54,687 nucleotides of DNA, taken from IMG/VR virus record IMGVR_UViG_3300018080_000027, positions 1 through 54,687 of that record. One strand, 5' to 3'. This document shows, piece after piece, positions 34,865 through 44,064 of the stretch. The position numbers and the translations under genes were made by a program. Each line of letters begins with the position of its first letter. The stretch's first letter is position 1. The notes beneath the pieces are model-generated. The model searched no databases. It was given only the letters and a program-made list of their open reading frames with translations, and was not told the DNA's origin. This DNA comes from a virus.

Positions 34865-35044
34865 CTACCGCTTGATGTACGCATTCAAGCCAATCACCAC
34901 CGGTTGGCCGTCCACAACCGCAGCCGTCGCCCGGTTGCCGCCGCTGCTGGCTACAATCAACGTCTTGCCGCTCTTGCTCGGGCTCGGGGGATCGTTCACC
35001 GGGATCCGCACTACTAATTCGCCGTTCTCGATTGTCGCGTGCAT
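34865..35044 (-). CDS. Hypothetical small protein; first gene of the leftward operon
   Basis: ATG 35044 (MHATIENGELVV) is preceded by GGAGGTGCGAGAC and a T8 run. Confidence 0.5.
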   Translation of the reverse strand: MHATIENGELVVRIPVNDPPSPSKSGKTLIVASSGGNRATAAVVDGQPVVIGLNAYIKR

Positions 35045-35142
35045 GTCTCGCACCTCCAAAAAAAATGCCTCGCCGGTCTCCTGGGTGGCAACCCTAGGAT
35101 GGAAGACCGACAAGGCGTATTGTGTTGCTCAGAATTCACGGG

Positions 35143-35171
35143 TTGCCACCTGATAGAGCACAGCATATGAA
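35143..35171 (+). promoter_or_regulatory. Sigma70-type rightward promoter
   Basis: TTGCCA (35143-35148), 17-nt spacer, TATGAA (35166-35171). Confidence 0.5.
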
Positions 35172-35198
35172 TATACATACCCTTCCTCGGATAGTCAA
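35170..35198 (-). promoter_or_regulatory. Sigma70-type leftward promoter whose -10 overlaps the -10 of the rightward promoter
   Basis: Minus strand TTGACT (35198-35193), 17-nt spacer, TATATT (35175-35170). Confidence 0.6.
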
Positions 35199-35225
35199 CG
35201 CTAGGATCTAAAAAAAATACCCCTA

Positions 35226-35555
35226 ATGCCGAAACAACGGCCAAGACAGCCCGGGCAACGTGGCCCGCAACGGTTCGCAGCTATCACGTACCCGCTGCTT
35301 TCTACCTGGACAGGGCTCACTATCCAGACGATCAGGACCTACGCACAGAAGGGCCATTTCGACCCGCACGACCTTGCAGGCACCCTAGTCTGGGTCAATA
35401 CTCGGCGCGCGCAGCAAGGGCTCCGGCCGATCGGCCAGCCCGAGAGCCCACGACCAGACCAGCCACAACAGCCGCCAATACCTGGGATACCCGGGGCAAC
35501 GGATGCCCCGCCCAGCGGCGGCTATAACCCCCAAACGGGAGAATTCAACGCATGA
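35226..35555 (+). CDS. Putative HTH DNA-binding protein; first rightward gene
   Basis: LSTWTGLTIQTIRTYAQKG is HTH-like, followed by a Pro/Gln-rich tail. Confidence 0.45.
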   Translation: MPKQRPRQPGQRGPQRFAAITYPLLSTWTGLTIQTIRTYAQKGHFDPHDLAGTLVWVNTRRAQQGLRPIGQPESPRPDQPQQPPIPGIPGATDAPPSGGYNPQTGEFNA

Positions 35556-35902
35556 ACGGACGCAGAAGACCGCCCCGCGGACCCAACCAACACCCCCACC
35601 CCTTCCAGCCAGGACCGCCAGACCCCAACGTGGTCCCCCTCATCGGCCAGCAGCAGGCCCAGCAACGGGCCGGCGTTATGCAGCTCGTTGGGCAAATGGG
35701 GCTCAATATCTACACAGCAACGGCAATTCAGTATCTCCAGCGGCTCGATGACCACGAACAAGCCGACCGCGAGCACCTGCGGCAACTCGCCAGGGACGCC
35801 AACGCAGCGGGGAAGGCGTATTTCGAAGGGCTCAAGATTGCTGAGTTCGAGCCAGAGCCAGGGATTGACGATACCCCACAGATACAAACGGGAGAATGTT
35901 AG
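35552..35902 (+). CDS. Hypothetical protein
   Basis: 116-aa ORF. ATGA overlap with the previous gene. Confidence 0.5.
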   Translation: MNGRRRPPRGPNQHPHPFQPGPPDPNVVPLIGQQQAQQRAGVMQLVGQMGLNIYTATAIQYLQRLDDHEQADREHLRQLARDANAAGKAYFEGLKIAEFEPEPGIDDTPQIQTGEC

Positions 35903-36699
35903 GGAAAATGAACGGGAAACAAGAAGATTCCGGCGGGGGTGGTTCGGCAGGGGACGAGCCGGCCGACCGCAAGGCCCGCCAACGAGCCGCCCGTTCATCC
36001 GCTCGGGCGCGAGCCAGATCGACCGCGAGCCGTGTTTTCCAAAGACTGAATAGGGAAGCACGATGGACCGGCGAGGTAGAGCAGATCAAAAACGATATGA
36101 TCGCCGAAGCCAAGGCCGGCGGCATGGACACCGCGACAGCCAAGGAGTGGGCATACGCTGAGCTCGACCTACTCTACCCGCCATTGCCCAAGCCCGAGGA
36201 CAAGCCGGCCACCGAAGCACCCCCGCCGGCGAAGCCGGCCAACGAGTCGGGCCGCGGCCGCATCCAAGGGTTGGGCGAGATCCCCGAACACTGGCCGGCA
36301 CTGCAGCCCAACGCGAGTTTACAAAGCGACATAGCCTGGGTGCAGGCCCAGCGGCTTCGAGTGTGCGAGGAGAAGCCAACGGGGGCGATGGTCGTCCACC
36401 TGGCCCGAGCGACGGCCCCGGCGCCTTCGATGTCTGCGATCGGCTGGCTTGAGACCAGCATTCGCAGCTATGCCAAGTTCGTGGACGTCGCCACCCGCAC
36501 GTTGGCTTCCACCGATGACGATGCCGAGCACATACGGCGCGAGCGCATGGCCATCGAAGAGATTAAGGCCTTGCTCGGGGAGATGATCGACGAGCGGGCG
36601 GCACAGTGCGAGCGGACAGCGGACAAAAAGAGGAAGGGGAAGACATCCGGCCGGAAATCGAACCAGGCCCCCCGGCGGCCGCGGGGCCCACGGTCCTAA
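35896..36699 (+). CDS. Hypothetical protein with basic N- and C-termini (small-terminase candidate not demonstrable)
   Basis: 267-aa ORF overlapping the previous stop. An alternative ATG is at 35908. Confidence 0.5.
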   Translation: MLGKMNGKQEDSGGGGSAGDEPADRKARQRAARSSARARARSTASRVFQRLNREARWTGEVEQIKNDMIAEAKAGGMDTATAKEWAYAELDLLYPPLPKPEDKPATEAPPPAKPANESGRGRIQGLGEIPEHWPALQPNASLQSDIAWVQAQRLRVCEEKPTGAMVVHLARATAPAPSMSAIGWLETSIRSYAKFVDVATRTLASTDDDAEHIRRERMAIEEIKALLGEMIDERAAQCERTADKKRKGKTSGRKSNQAPRRPRGPRS

Positions 36700-36754
36700 A
36701 TATCCCTGACGGGCGAATCACCATTTTCAGCGTTAAAATAGGCAACTCATCAAA

Positions 36755-37201
36755 ATGTTGACCCAACACCAACCCCTCCTGAAAACTCTTGCAGACCACT
36801 TCGACGACGAGCAACCGATTTCGGTGGTGATACTCAGCACGTCGAGTGTGGACTTGCATCGTGAGTTCATACGGCAGAATGGAGGTTTTTCCCTCAACTT
36901 TGATGATTTCCTGGAATTGAAAGGTGTTCGCATCGAGGTCATCGATGGGACTTCGTTTCGGTATTTTCGAGCGATGCGGCTAGTGTTATTTGAGGGGAAG
37001 CGGGTCTTGTTCGAGGGTGTGGACGCGGGGCAACTGATGGAATGCCGGATGCCGGTTCCGGACCCGGAGTTATCGAAGTATTTCGCGGAGTGGTGGGACA
37101 CCACGAAGGACAAGGAGAAGGTCGATGACGGACGGCCAGAGCGAATGGATGCGAGTAAGCGAGGAGGAGCTTGCGGAGAAGAGGGAGCAGGCGGCCCTTG
37201 A
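36755..37201 (+). CDS. Hypothetical protein (lower-GC gene)
   Basis: 148-aa ORF. Its composition is visibly AT-richer than its neighbours. Confidence 0.5.
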   Translation: MLTQHQPLLKTLADHFDDEQPISVVILSTSSVDLHREFIRQNGGFSLNFDDFLELKGVRIEVIDGTSFRYFRAMRLVLFEGKRVLFEGVDAGQLMECRMPVPDPELSKYFAEWWDTTKDKEKVDDGRPERMDASKRGGACGEEGAGGP

Positions 37202-37325
37202 GGTTCCGAAGCGTCCGGACCTGCACTGTCGGGAGCATGGCGAGACGTGCCGGGCGGTTCGGTCGTTGGAGGTCCGGGTGAAGGAGTTGGAAAGCCGCTG
37301 GGCAGCAAAGGAGAAAGCCACATGA
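37125..37325 (+). CDS. Hypothetical small coiled-coil protein
   Basis: RBS AAGGAGAAGG 4 nt upstream. ATGA coupling to the next gene. Overlaps the previous ORF by 77 nt. Confidence 0.4.
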   Translation: MTDGQSEWMRVSEEELAEKREQAALEVPKRPDLHCREHGETCRAVRSLEVRVKELESRWAAKEKAT

Positions 37326-37618
37326 ACTACACACCTTGGTACATAGCCCGCGATATTGTGAAGGAGTATACTAACAGATACTTACAACTTCCTGAGGACT
37401 TTGTTATTCGCGGCCCACAACTCATCGACGGCAATTACAATGAGGTAGTCTTTTTCGTGGACTACATCGCAAAGATACCGCATTCGACGTGCCATATCCA
37501 CGTCTGCGCGCTTTCGCTTATGAACATGAGAAACACCGGGGCGTTTCTTCAAGACGCGGTTGACCACGCAATTGAGGAGTTGAAGGCGTTCGAGGCAGAG
37601 CGAGAGGCAGCCCCATGA
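37322..37618 (+). CDS. Hypothetical protein (lower-GC gene), translationally coupled to terL
   Basis: ATG 37322 (MNYTPWYIARD). ATGA overlaps at both ends. Confidence 0.5.
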   Translation: MNYTPWYIARDIVKEYTNRYLQLPEDFVIRGPQLIDGNYNEVVFFVDYIAKIPHSTCHIHVCALSLMNMRNTGAFLQDAVDHAIEELKAFEAEREAAP

Positions 37619-39543
37619 CGCCCCTCTACGACTACTATCCGAAGGACCCGATCGAAAATCTCCAGTGGCGGGTGAAGTGCCGCGAGCGGGCGATGACGGA
37701 CATTCGGTTCCGGCACGCTTTGTACGATGCGTGCATGATCGACCCGCTGTTCTTCATGGCGTTTGCCTGCTGGTCGTACGAACCGCGAGCGAAGGTGAAG
37801 ATCCAGCCGTTCATCCCGTGGCCGCATCAGGAGTCGGTCTTTGTCGCGATGGACGATGCGATCGACGAGTCGGAGCGGGAAGAGAAGGCGATCGACGTAT
37901 TGGTGGACAAGTCGCGTGCTCAAGGTGGCACGTTCGGGTACTTGTGGATCGACTTGCGGCGGTGGTTGCGGGATCCGATGTTCTCTGCCGGGTACGTGAC
38001 GCGGAACGAGGACCTTGTCGACTCGAAGACCGACGCGAACACGGTGATGTGGAAGATTGCGTGGGCGATCGAGCGGTTGCCGTTTTGGATGGTGCCGGTC
38101 GGCTTCGACATGAACAAGCATCGGAGCTTGAGCCAACACACGTTCCAGAACCCGGAGAACAATGCGATCCTTGCGGGCTACGCGGCGGGCCAGGACGTTG
38201 CCGCCGGCGGCCGGATGACGGTATTCACATGCGACGAGTTTGGAGCGAAGGACTTCATCTCCGGCGGAAAAGACGAAGCGGTGATGGAGGCCACGCACGA
38301 CGTCACGAATTGCCTTCGGATGGTGTCTGCCCGGTATGCGGACGCCGGCGTGTTTCACGAGGCGTGCGAGAACCCGGACAGTGCCCAGAACGGCGTCCAT
38401 TTGGTACTCGACTGGAAAGACAACCCGATTCACGGGAAGAACTCGTATGTTGTTCGGGACAACAAGCCGGAAGCGGTGAAGCCCGAAGAGCAATCAGCGG
38501 TTGAAGAGTATCACGCCAACACGCCCGACTTGCGAGGCCGGTTGGAACGGAAGGGTTTCAAGTTTGACGGTGTGGTCCGGAGTCCGTGGTACGATATGCG
38601 TTGCTTGCGGCCGACGGCTACCCCTCGGCTGATTGCGAGCCAGTTGGATCGTGACCCGCGGGGTGCCGTCGGCAAGGTGTTCCCGTCCGAACTACTCGAT
38701 CTGGTGAAGCGGCGGAAGTGTAAGCCGCCGATCTGGCGAGGAACGCCGGTCTTCGATTCGGAGACGTTGTTGCTCAAGGGGCTGGTGACTCGCGACGATG
38801 GGCCGTTGAAATTGTGGTTCCGCCCGGGGCCGAATCAATCTTGTCCGCTCGGGCCGTTCTCGCTCGGCTGTGACATCGCGATCGGAAGCGATGGGGTGTA
38901 CTCCTCGAATTCGGTTACGTGCGGCATCGACCACCGCACTGGTGAGCAAGTCATGGAGTATGTCGTTCGCGGGATGCCGATGATTAAGTTCGCCCGGAAC
39001 GTGGTCGGGCTTGCGAAGTGGCTCCGCAAGGCGAAGCTCGGCTGGGAAGATTCGGGGATGGTCGGGCCGTTCGCAAAAGAGATCCTCGAAGTGCTCTACT
39101 ACGGGAATGTTTACTACCGCGACGTGGAGGAAATCGGGAGAAAAACGAAGACCCGAAAGGCCGGGTGGTGGAACGGAAAGGACGAACACAAGGCCGACCT
39201 GTTCGAGAAAATGACCTTGGCGATGGAGACCGACGCATTCACGATCCGCTCGAAGGACCTGATTCGCGAATGCGGGGAGTACGAATGGGAAAACGGAAAA
39301 ATCATCCACGCCCCCACGAAAAACAAGGGTGCAACCGAGAAAGCTCACGGCGATCGGTGCATCGCTGCGGGGGTTGCCTACCTTGTCTATTCTGAAGAAG
39401 TCGGGGAAAAGTCCCTTGACAAAAGAGAAGAGACCGGCAAAACTCCTGAATATGGTAGTTTCCTTTGGCGGGAACGAAGGGAACGAGAGCGAATTGATTC
39501 AGGCAGCCCGGACTTTGGGCTGCGGGATGTGATTGGACACTGA
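37615..39543 (+). CDS. terL: Terminase large subunit
   Basis: Walker A-like VDKSRAQGGTF, Walker B MTVFTCDEFG, C-terminal RNase H-like nuclease acidic residues (LGCDIAIGSDG; HGDRCIAAGVAY). Immediately precedes the portal gene. Confidence 0.85.
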   Translation: MTPLYDYYPKDPIENLQWRVKCRERAMTDIRFRHALYDACMIDPLFFMAFACWSYEPRAKVKIQPFIPWPHQESVFVAMDDAIDESEREEKAIDVLVDKSRAQGGTFGYLWIDLRRWLRDPMFSAGYVTRNEDLVDSKTDANTVMWKIAWAIERLPFWMVPVGFDMNKHRSLSQHTFQNPENNAILAGYAAGQDVAAGGRMTVFTCDEFGAKDFISGGKDEAVMEATHDVTNCLRMVSARYADAGVFHEACENPDSAQNGVHLVLDWKDNPIHGKNSYVVRDNKPEAVKPEEQSAVEEYHANTPDLRGRLERKGFKFDGVVRSPWYDMRCLRPTATPRLIASQLDRDPRGAVGKVFPSELLDLVKRRKCKPPIWRGTPVFDSETLLLKGLVTRDDGPLKLWFRPGPNQSCPLGPFSLGCDIAIGSDGVYSSNSVTCGIDHRTGEQVMEYVVRGMPMIKFARNVVGLAKWLRKAKLGWEDSGMVGPFAKEILEVLYYGNVYYRDVEEIGRKTKTRKAGWWNGKDEHKADLFEKMTLAMETDAFTIRSKDLIRECGEYEWENGKIIHAPTKNKGATEKAHGDRCIAAGVAYLVYSEEVGEKSLDKREETGKTPEYGSFLWRERRERERIDSGSPDFGLRDVIGH

Positions 39544-39559
39544 TCGGAGGTAAAACCCG

Positions 39560-39724
39560 GTGAAGCAAATCGACGATGCGATCGAACTCCTCGCGAAGAA
39601 GATAACCGCGGCGACTCGGCCTGACGATGCGTTGAAATACACACAGGCCGCGCTGAATTTGGCTCATGTCAATGGGCTTATTCTTGCAGCGGGGAGACAA
39701 AGAAAAGAGGGGGCCAGCGCTTAG
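39560..39724 (+). CDS. Hypothetical 54-aa protein (GTG start)
   Basis: GGAGG RBS 7 nt upstream of GTG. Translated by hand: VKQIDDAIELLAKKITAATRPDDALKYTQAALNLAHVNGLILAAGRQRKEGASA. Too short for the ORF track. Confidence 0.4.
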   Translation: MKQIDDAIELLAKKITAATRPDDALKYTQAALNLAHVNGLILAAGRQRKEGASA

Positions 39725-39789
39725 GCGCGGGTCTACAATGGCATAGGCGGCTGATCCCCGCCAAGATGCCTTCAACATCGCAGCCATTG

Positions 39790-39826
39790 AAGGAGGCCGC
39801 GCTGGAAAGCGTTGGCCTCCTTTTTT
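39790..39826 (+). terminator. Intrinsic terminator or attenuator between terL and the portal gene
   Basis: AAGGAGGCC-N15-GGCCTCCTT followed by TTTT. Confidence 0.6.
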
Positions 39827-39847
39827 CGTTCGTGCGAAAGGCTGTCG

Positions 39848-41632
39848 ATGATCGACCTGCACGACAAACAGTCTCGCGGTCGTCTTTTGAAGGCCGTCAA
39901 GACATCGCGGCAAGCGATGGATCCGTTCCGTAAGGTCCGCAAGGAACTGATCCGCGACTACGTTGGTTCTTGGTACAGCGAAGGCGGCGCCCGGAACAAA
40001 ACACTCGTCAATCTGATGAACCAGACGGCCCGGATCTACACCGTGGCCCTTGCGGCGAACAACCCGCAAGTGATGGTTTCCACCCCGCGATCCGAGAACT
40101 GGCCGTTTGCGAAGCGGTTCGAGGTCAATCTGAACAAACTGATCTCGGACATGACGCTCGACAAGACGTTTCGGTCGATCGTCCTGGACGCTTTCTTCTG
40201 CCTCGGTTGCGGCGTCGTGATGATGCGGGACACCGACACCCGATTTCATGGACTACTGGAGTCGGAGGAGGATGTCTGGCTCGACCCGGGCGAACCGTGG
40301 CTGAACCGGGTTGCCATCGACGACTTGATCTTGGACATGCCCGCCAAGGAACTCTCGAAGATGCGATTCTGCGGACACATGTACCGCGCAGACTTCGAGA
40401 AGGTAATGGATGAACCGGGCTACGACAAGAAGGTCAAGTCCCATCTCACCCCGACGAGCAAGAACACGACCGACAACCCCGATACCGCCCGCGATATTGC
40501 CGCCGGTATGGCCGTCGATGACGACGAACTGAAGCCGATGATTTGGCTTCAAGACATTTGGGTCGCCGAGAATGGCTCGGTCGCCACGATGACGGTCGAC
40601 AAGGACTTGCCGCCACTACTGGAGCGAGCGTGGACCGGAAGCCAGTCAGGGCCTTACAAGTTTCTCTCTCTGGGGAATGTGCCCGATAACGTCATCCCAG
40701 CCTCGCCGGCCGTGAACCTGAAGGGACTGCACGACCTGCAGAACCGCTTGCATCGCAGGATGGAGCAGGATTCGGACGCCCACCGAATTGTCAACGTCTA
40801 CCCACCCGGCAAAGAAGACGATGCCGAGGGGCTGCGGAGGGCAAGACGAAACTCGTGGCACCGGATGAACGACCCCAAGAGCATTTCCCAGATCGAGATA
40901 GGTGGCGTTGACCCGCGGGACCAAGCGCTTTCCCTGTTCATCCAGGACGAGCACGACCGCTTTGCCGGGAATCTGCTGGCAATGGGCGGACTTGGGCCGC
41001 AAGCCTCAACGGTCGGTCAAGAGGAGATGATTCACGGCCAGGTCTCCCGCACGGAAGCCGATATGCGGATGTCGGTCGTCGGCTTCGCATCGGAGTGCGT
41101 TCTGGACCTCGGGAGACTCATGTGGGAGGACGAAGCCCTTGAGTTGCAATCGTCGATCCCCGTTGGAAACAGTGGTATTGAAGTACGATCGCACTGGAAA
41201 CCCGACGTTCGCGTGGGTTCGTTTGAGGATTACGAGTTTCGCGTGGAACCGTACTCGATGGTCTTCAAGACTCCGGAACAAAAGCTCCAAGAGCTTTTCC
41301 AGACCCTCCGAGAAATTGCACCACTTTGGCCGATGTTCCAGGCGTCTGGGGCGTCACTGGACGCAGAAGCAATTATCGATGAGATCGCCCGACTGAAGAA
41401 TCGGCCGGAATTTAAGCGATTCATCACGTTCGCCTCCCCCGCCGACATGCTCGGCGGCGACCAGAACTCAGTACGACAATCGCCCGTCACGTCGCGAGAG
41501 ACGATACGCCGGAATATCCCGACCGGCGGCACGCAAGGTGCGCGTTCGCAGATTCTTCAGCAAGCGCTGATGGGGGGCGGTTCGCAAGTCAATGGACAAC
41601 AAGCGGCGGCAATGGCACGGAGCCCGGCATGA
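39848..41632 (+). CDS. Portal protein
   Basis: 594 aa. Sits directly after terL and before the scaffold and capsid genes. ATG 39848 was chosen because the TTG 39812 extension would include the terminator. Confidence 0.7.
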   Translation: MIDLHDKQSRGRLLKAVKTSRQAMDPFRKVRKELIRDYVGSWYSEGGARNKTLVNLMNQTARIYTVALAANNPQVMVSTPRSENWPFAKRFEVNLNKLISDMTLDKTFRSIVLDAFFCLGCGVVMMRDTDTRFHGLLESEEDVWLDPGEPWLNRVAIDDLILDMPAKELSKMRFCGHMYRADFEKVMDEPGYDKKVKSHLTPTSKNTTDNPDTARDIAAGMAVDDDELKPMIWLQDIWVAENGSVATMTVDKDLPPLLERAWTGSQSGPYKFLSLGNVPDNVIPASPAVNLKGLHDLQNRLHRRMEQDSDAHRIVNVYPPGKEDDAEGLRRARRNSWHRMNDPKSISQIEIGGVDPRDQALSLFIQDEHDRFAGNLLAMGGLGPQASTVGQEEMIHGQVSRTEADMRMSVVGFASECVLDLGRLMWEDEALELQSSIPVGNSGIEVRSHWKPDVRVGSFEDYEFRVEPYSMVFKTPEQKLQELFQTLREIAPLWPMFQASGASLDAEAIIDEIARLKNRPEFKRFITFASPADMLGGDQNSVRQSPVTSRETIRRNIPTGGTQGARSQILQQALMGGGSQVNGQQAAAMARSPA

Positions 41633-41940
41633 AGGCTGTTTACATCAAGAACGGAAAGCGTGTAACCCGCGAGGAGTTTTGCGACGGCGCGAAAGCGGAT
41701 GCCTTCACTTCCGCTCCGATGACGGCCAATACATACCGCGAGCACGACCCGCTCATTTCCGATGGGATCGGTTGCATGAAGTCGCAAGTCCCCGAGATGC
41801 GCGATGTCATACGAAAGCACAACATTAAGGGCATTCGTGTGCGGGATAACGGACAACTGGAAATCACGAGTCGGCAGGGCCGCCGCGAATTACTGCGACG
41901 GCGGAAGCTGGCCGATGCCGACGGAGGCTACGGAGACTGA
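41629..41940 (+). CDS. Hypothetical small head-module protein
   Basis: 103-aa ORF overlapping the portal stop. Confidence 0.5.
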   Translation: MKAVYIKNGKRVTREEFCDGAKADAFTSAPMTANTYREHDPLISDGIGCMKSQVPEMRDVIRKHNIKGIRVRDNGQLEITSRQGRRELLRRRKLADADGGYGD

Positions 41941-41941
41941 C

Positions 41942-42925
41942 ATGACCATCGAGTTAGCGGACGATGCGACCCACGAAGATGTCCAACGAGTCGTAGATCA
42001 GATCATTGAAGATCGTAGCGGAGGCGACTCCGATGCGGCCGACGATTCAGCCAAGGGTGATGCCCAGCGGATCGCGGAAGATCGCGACCAACCAGTGGGA
42101 GATTTGACTGCCGAGACCAATTCCGGCAGTGACGATACCGCCCAGTCGGGCGAGGAGACCGGCGATTCAGAAGGTGGAGCCGATTGGCTCGACGACGATC
42201 TGAAAGCCGAGGTAGCCGCGTATGGGATCGACGAGAAGGAACTCGACGACTTCACCAGCCGCGAGGAGTTAGACCGGGCACTGCGATTCCTTGACCGAAG
42301 CGCTTTGGAAGCCGGCCGCAAGGCGATGGCGGAAAGCGACAAGGGAGAGACCAAAACGCCCGAGAGCAAAACCAAGGAAGGGGAAACTGGCCAAGCTGAC
42401 CAAGCGCAGCCAAGCCGGTTCGAGATCAGCCTAGATTCGGATGTCGGCGTGTATGAGGACGACCTAGTCACCGAACTCAAACGCATGGCCGAGCACTACG
42501 AGTCTCGTATCGACGCGATGGAAGCCCGGTTCGCAGAAGCGGCCAGGGCAGCGGAAGAGCAGCACTTCGATCGCCTCGTTGATTCTCTCGGCCATTCTGA
42601 CCTGTTTGGCAAGAGTGGCAAAGAAAGTCCCAAAGAACTCGAGCGCAGGCAGGAACTATTCACTTCGGCGAAAGCCCAGATGATCGGCCTGAGGCAGTTG
42701 GGACACCCCGTTGATCTCGACGAATCGTTGCTCCAGCGAGTGGCCCGGATGGCCTTCTCGGAGGAGCTTGGCAAGAAGGACTTGAAAAACCGAACCCGCA
42801 GAATTTTCCGGCAGGCAGATCGTCGCTCCGGTGGAGGCTCCGGCAAAACGCCAGATACCCCGGAAACGGCGAGAGAGAAGGCCCGCCGCTACTACAAAGA
42901 GTTGGAAGAGGCGGGTTCGGGTTAA
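41942..42925 (+). CDS. Scaffolding protein candidate
   Basis: Acidic, helical, coiled-coil 327-aa protein between portal and capsid. RBS GGAGACTGAC-ATG. Confidence 0.6.
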   Translation: MTIELADDATHEDVQRVVDQIIEDRSGGDSDAADDSAKGDAQRIAEDRDQPVGDLTAETNSGSDDTAQSGEETGDSEGGADWLDDDLKAEVAAYGIDEKELDDFTSREELDRALRFLDRSALEAGRKAMAESDKGETKTPESKTKEGETGQADQAQPSRFEISLDSDVGVYEDDLVTELKRMAEHYESRIDAMEARFAEAARAAEEQHFDRLVDSLGHSDLFGKSGKESPKELERRQELFTSAKAQMIGLRQLGHPVDLDESLLQRVARMAFSEELGKKDLKNRTRRIFRQADRRSGGGSGKTPDTPETAREKARRYYKELEEAGSG

Positions 42926-42942
42926 CATAAAGGAGATGCCAG

Positions 42943-44049
42943 ATGGCACTCGGAATTGAACAACTCGACGATTTTGTCGCGAGTTATCTCCAGGCATACC
43001 CAATGGGTCAGTGGCAGGACATTTCCTTGCCGCTGCAGGAGTATTACTTCGCCTCGCGGCTGTTCGATCGAGCGAACAAGCGGGAAATGTCCACTTCACA
43101 ATGCAAGTGGAAACTGAAGATCGACAACAACTCGAACTTCCAGGTCGTCGGTCTTTACCACCGCGACTCGTCTAGCCGGGTCAACGTGCTGACCGAAGGT
43201 AGCCTGAAGTGGGGCATGACAACGACCAACTACCACTACGACATCGACGAGGAAACCTTCGCGCAGGGCGCCGATGCGATCGTCGACTACCTGGACCTGC
43301 AAGAGCAGGGCTTAATGCAGGACTTCTTCGTGGGCATGGAAGACATCATGTTCGGGCCCGGCCCATCGGCTTCGACGGTGACTCCGTTCCCGCCCGTGTC
43401 GCTATTGTGGTGGATCACGGCCACCGACGACAGCACGTCCGAGAACAACTCGGAAGAGGGCTTCGACGGGTACGAACCGGTCGGATGGGGTTCATCCGGC
43501 GCTGGCGGAATCTCCTGCACCGACTACGAGCAGTGGCGGAATCGGACCTTTCCGTATACGGTCGTCGATCGGGACGACTTCATCGAGAAGACCATCAACT
43601 CGATGGATCTCTGCACGTTCAAGCCGCCGATCGACCGATCGGACATCAAACCGGAAGGGAAGCATCGGTGGGAACTGCTGACCACGCATTCCCGTGTCGC
43701 AGCCGGGCGCAAGTTGTTGCAGCTTGGCAACGACAACATCAAGGATGACTTGGCCGCCCACTCCGGCAGCGTTTTCATTCGCGGCGTCCCGATGACCTGG
43801 GTGCCGGCCTGGACCAACGCGAATAGCGACAACGCCCGCGATGACGGCATTATCCTCGGCGTTGACTGGAATACGTTCGATGCCTACTACGCTTCCGGTC
43901 GCAGCCAGAGGAAGCGGAAGCCGTACCAGCATCCGGAAATGAGCAACGTCCGTGTTCGTGCGATGGACGATGCCCTGCAAATCGTGTGCTACAACCGCCG
44001 GGCCAACTTCCGCGGTTATTGCACGGAGACTGTCACCGAAACCGCGTAG
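42943..44049 (+). CDS. Major capsid protein candidate
   Basis: 368 aa. Canonical position after the scaffold gene and followed by a strong terminator. No motif-level proof. Confidence 0.65.
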   Translation: MALGIEQLDDFVASYLQAYPMGQWQDISLPLQEYYFASRLFDRANKREMSTSQCKWKLKIDNNSNFQVVGLYHRDSSSRVNVLTEGSLKWGMTTTNYHYDIDEETFAQGADAIVDYLDLQEQGLMQDFFVGMEDIMFGPGPSASTVTPFPPVSLLWWITATDDSTSENNSEEGFDGYEPVGWGSSGAGGISCTDYEQWRNRTFPYTVVDRDDFIEKTINSMDLCTFKPPIDRSDIKPEGKHRWELLTTHSRVAAGRKLLQLGNDNIKDDLAAHSGSVFIRGVPMTWVPAWTNANSDNARDDGIILGVDWNTFDAYYASGRSQRKRKPYQHPEMSNVRVRAMDDALQIVCYNRRANFRGYCTETVTETA

Positions 44050-44064
44050 GGAGAGCGGTTTTTT
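44039..44064 (+). terminator. Intrinsic terminator overlapping the capsid stop codon
   Basis: AAACCGC-N9-GCGGTTT followed by TTTT. Confidence 0.6.

Larger units (their letters stand above)
33522..35069 (-). promoter_or_regulatory. Six copies of a start-associated sequence, (CACA)CAAGGGAGAC(C/A)(A/G)GAGACA-ATG, abutting six consecutive start codons
   Basis: Copies lie directly upstream of the ATGs at 33521, 33969, 34230, 34533, 34801 (tandemly duplicated, 34802-34860) and 35044 (degenerate). Confidence 0.8.

Noticed and set aside
37549-38504. ORFs 37549..38493 (-) and 37665..38504 (+, out of frame) inside terL
   Set aside because: They are nested in the terminase ORF, which has Walker A/B and nuclease motifs. 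Their composition is typical of GC-rich shadow ORFs.
39812-39847. TTG start at 39812 for the portal ORF
   Set aside because: The extension would be translated through the terminator hairpin and T-run at 39790-39826. ATG 39848 is preferred.
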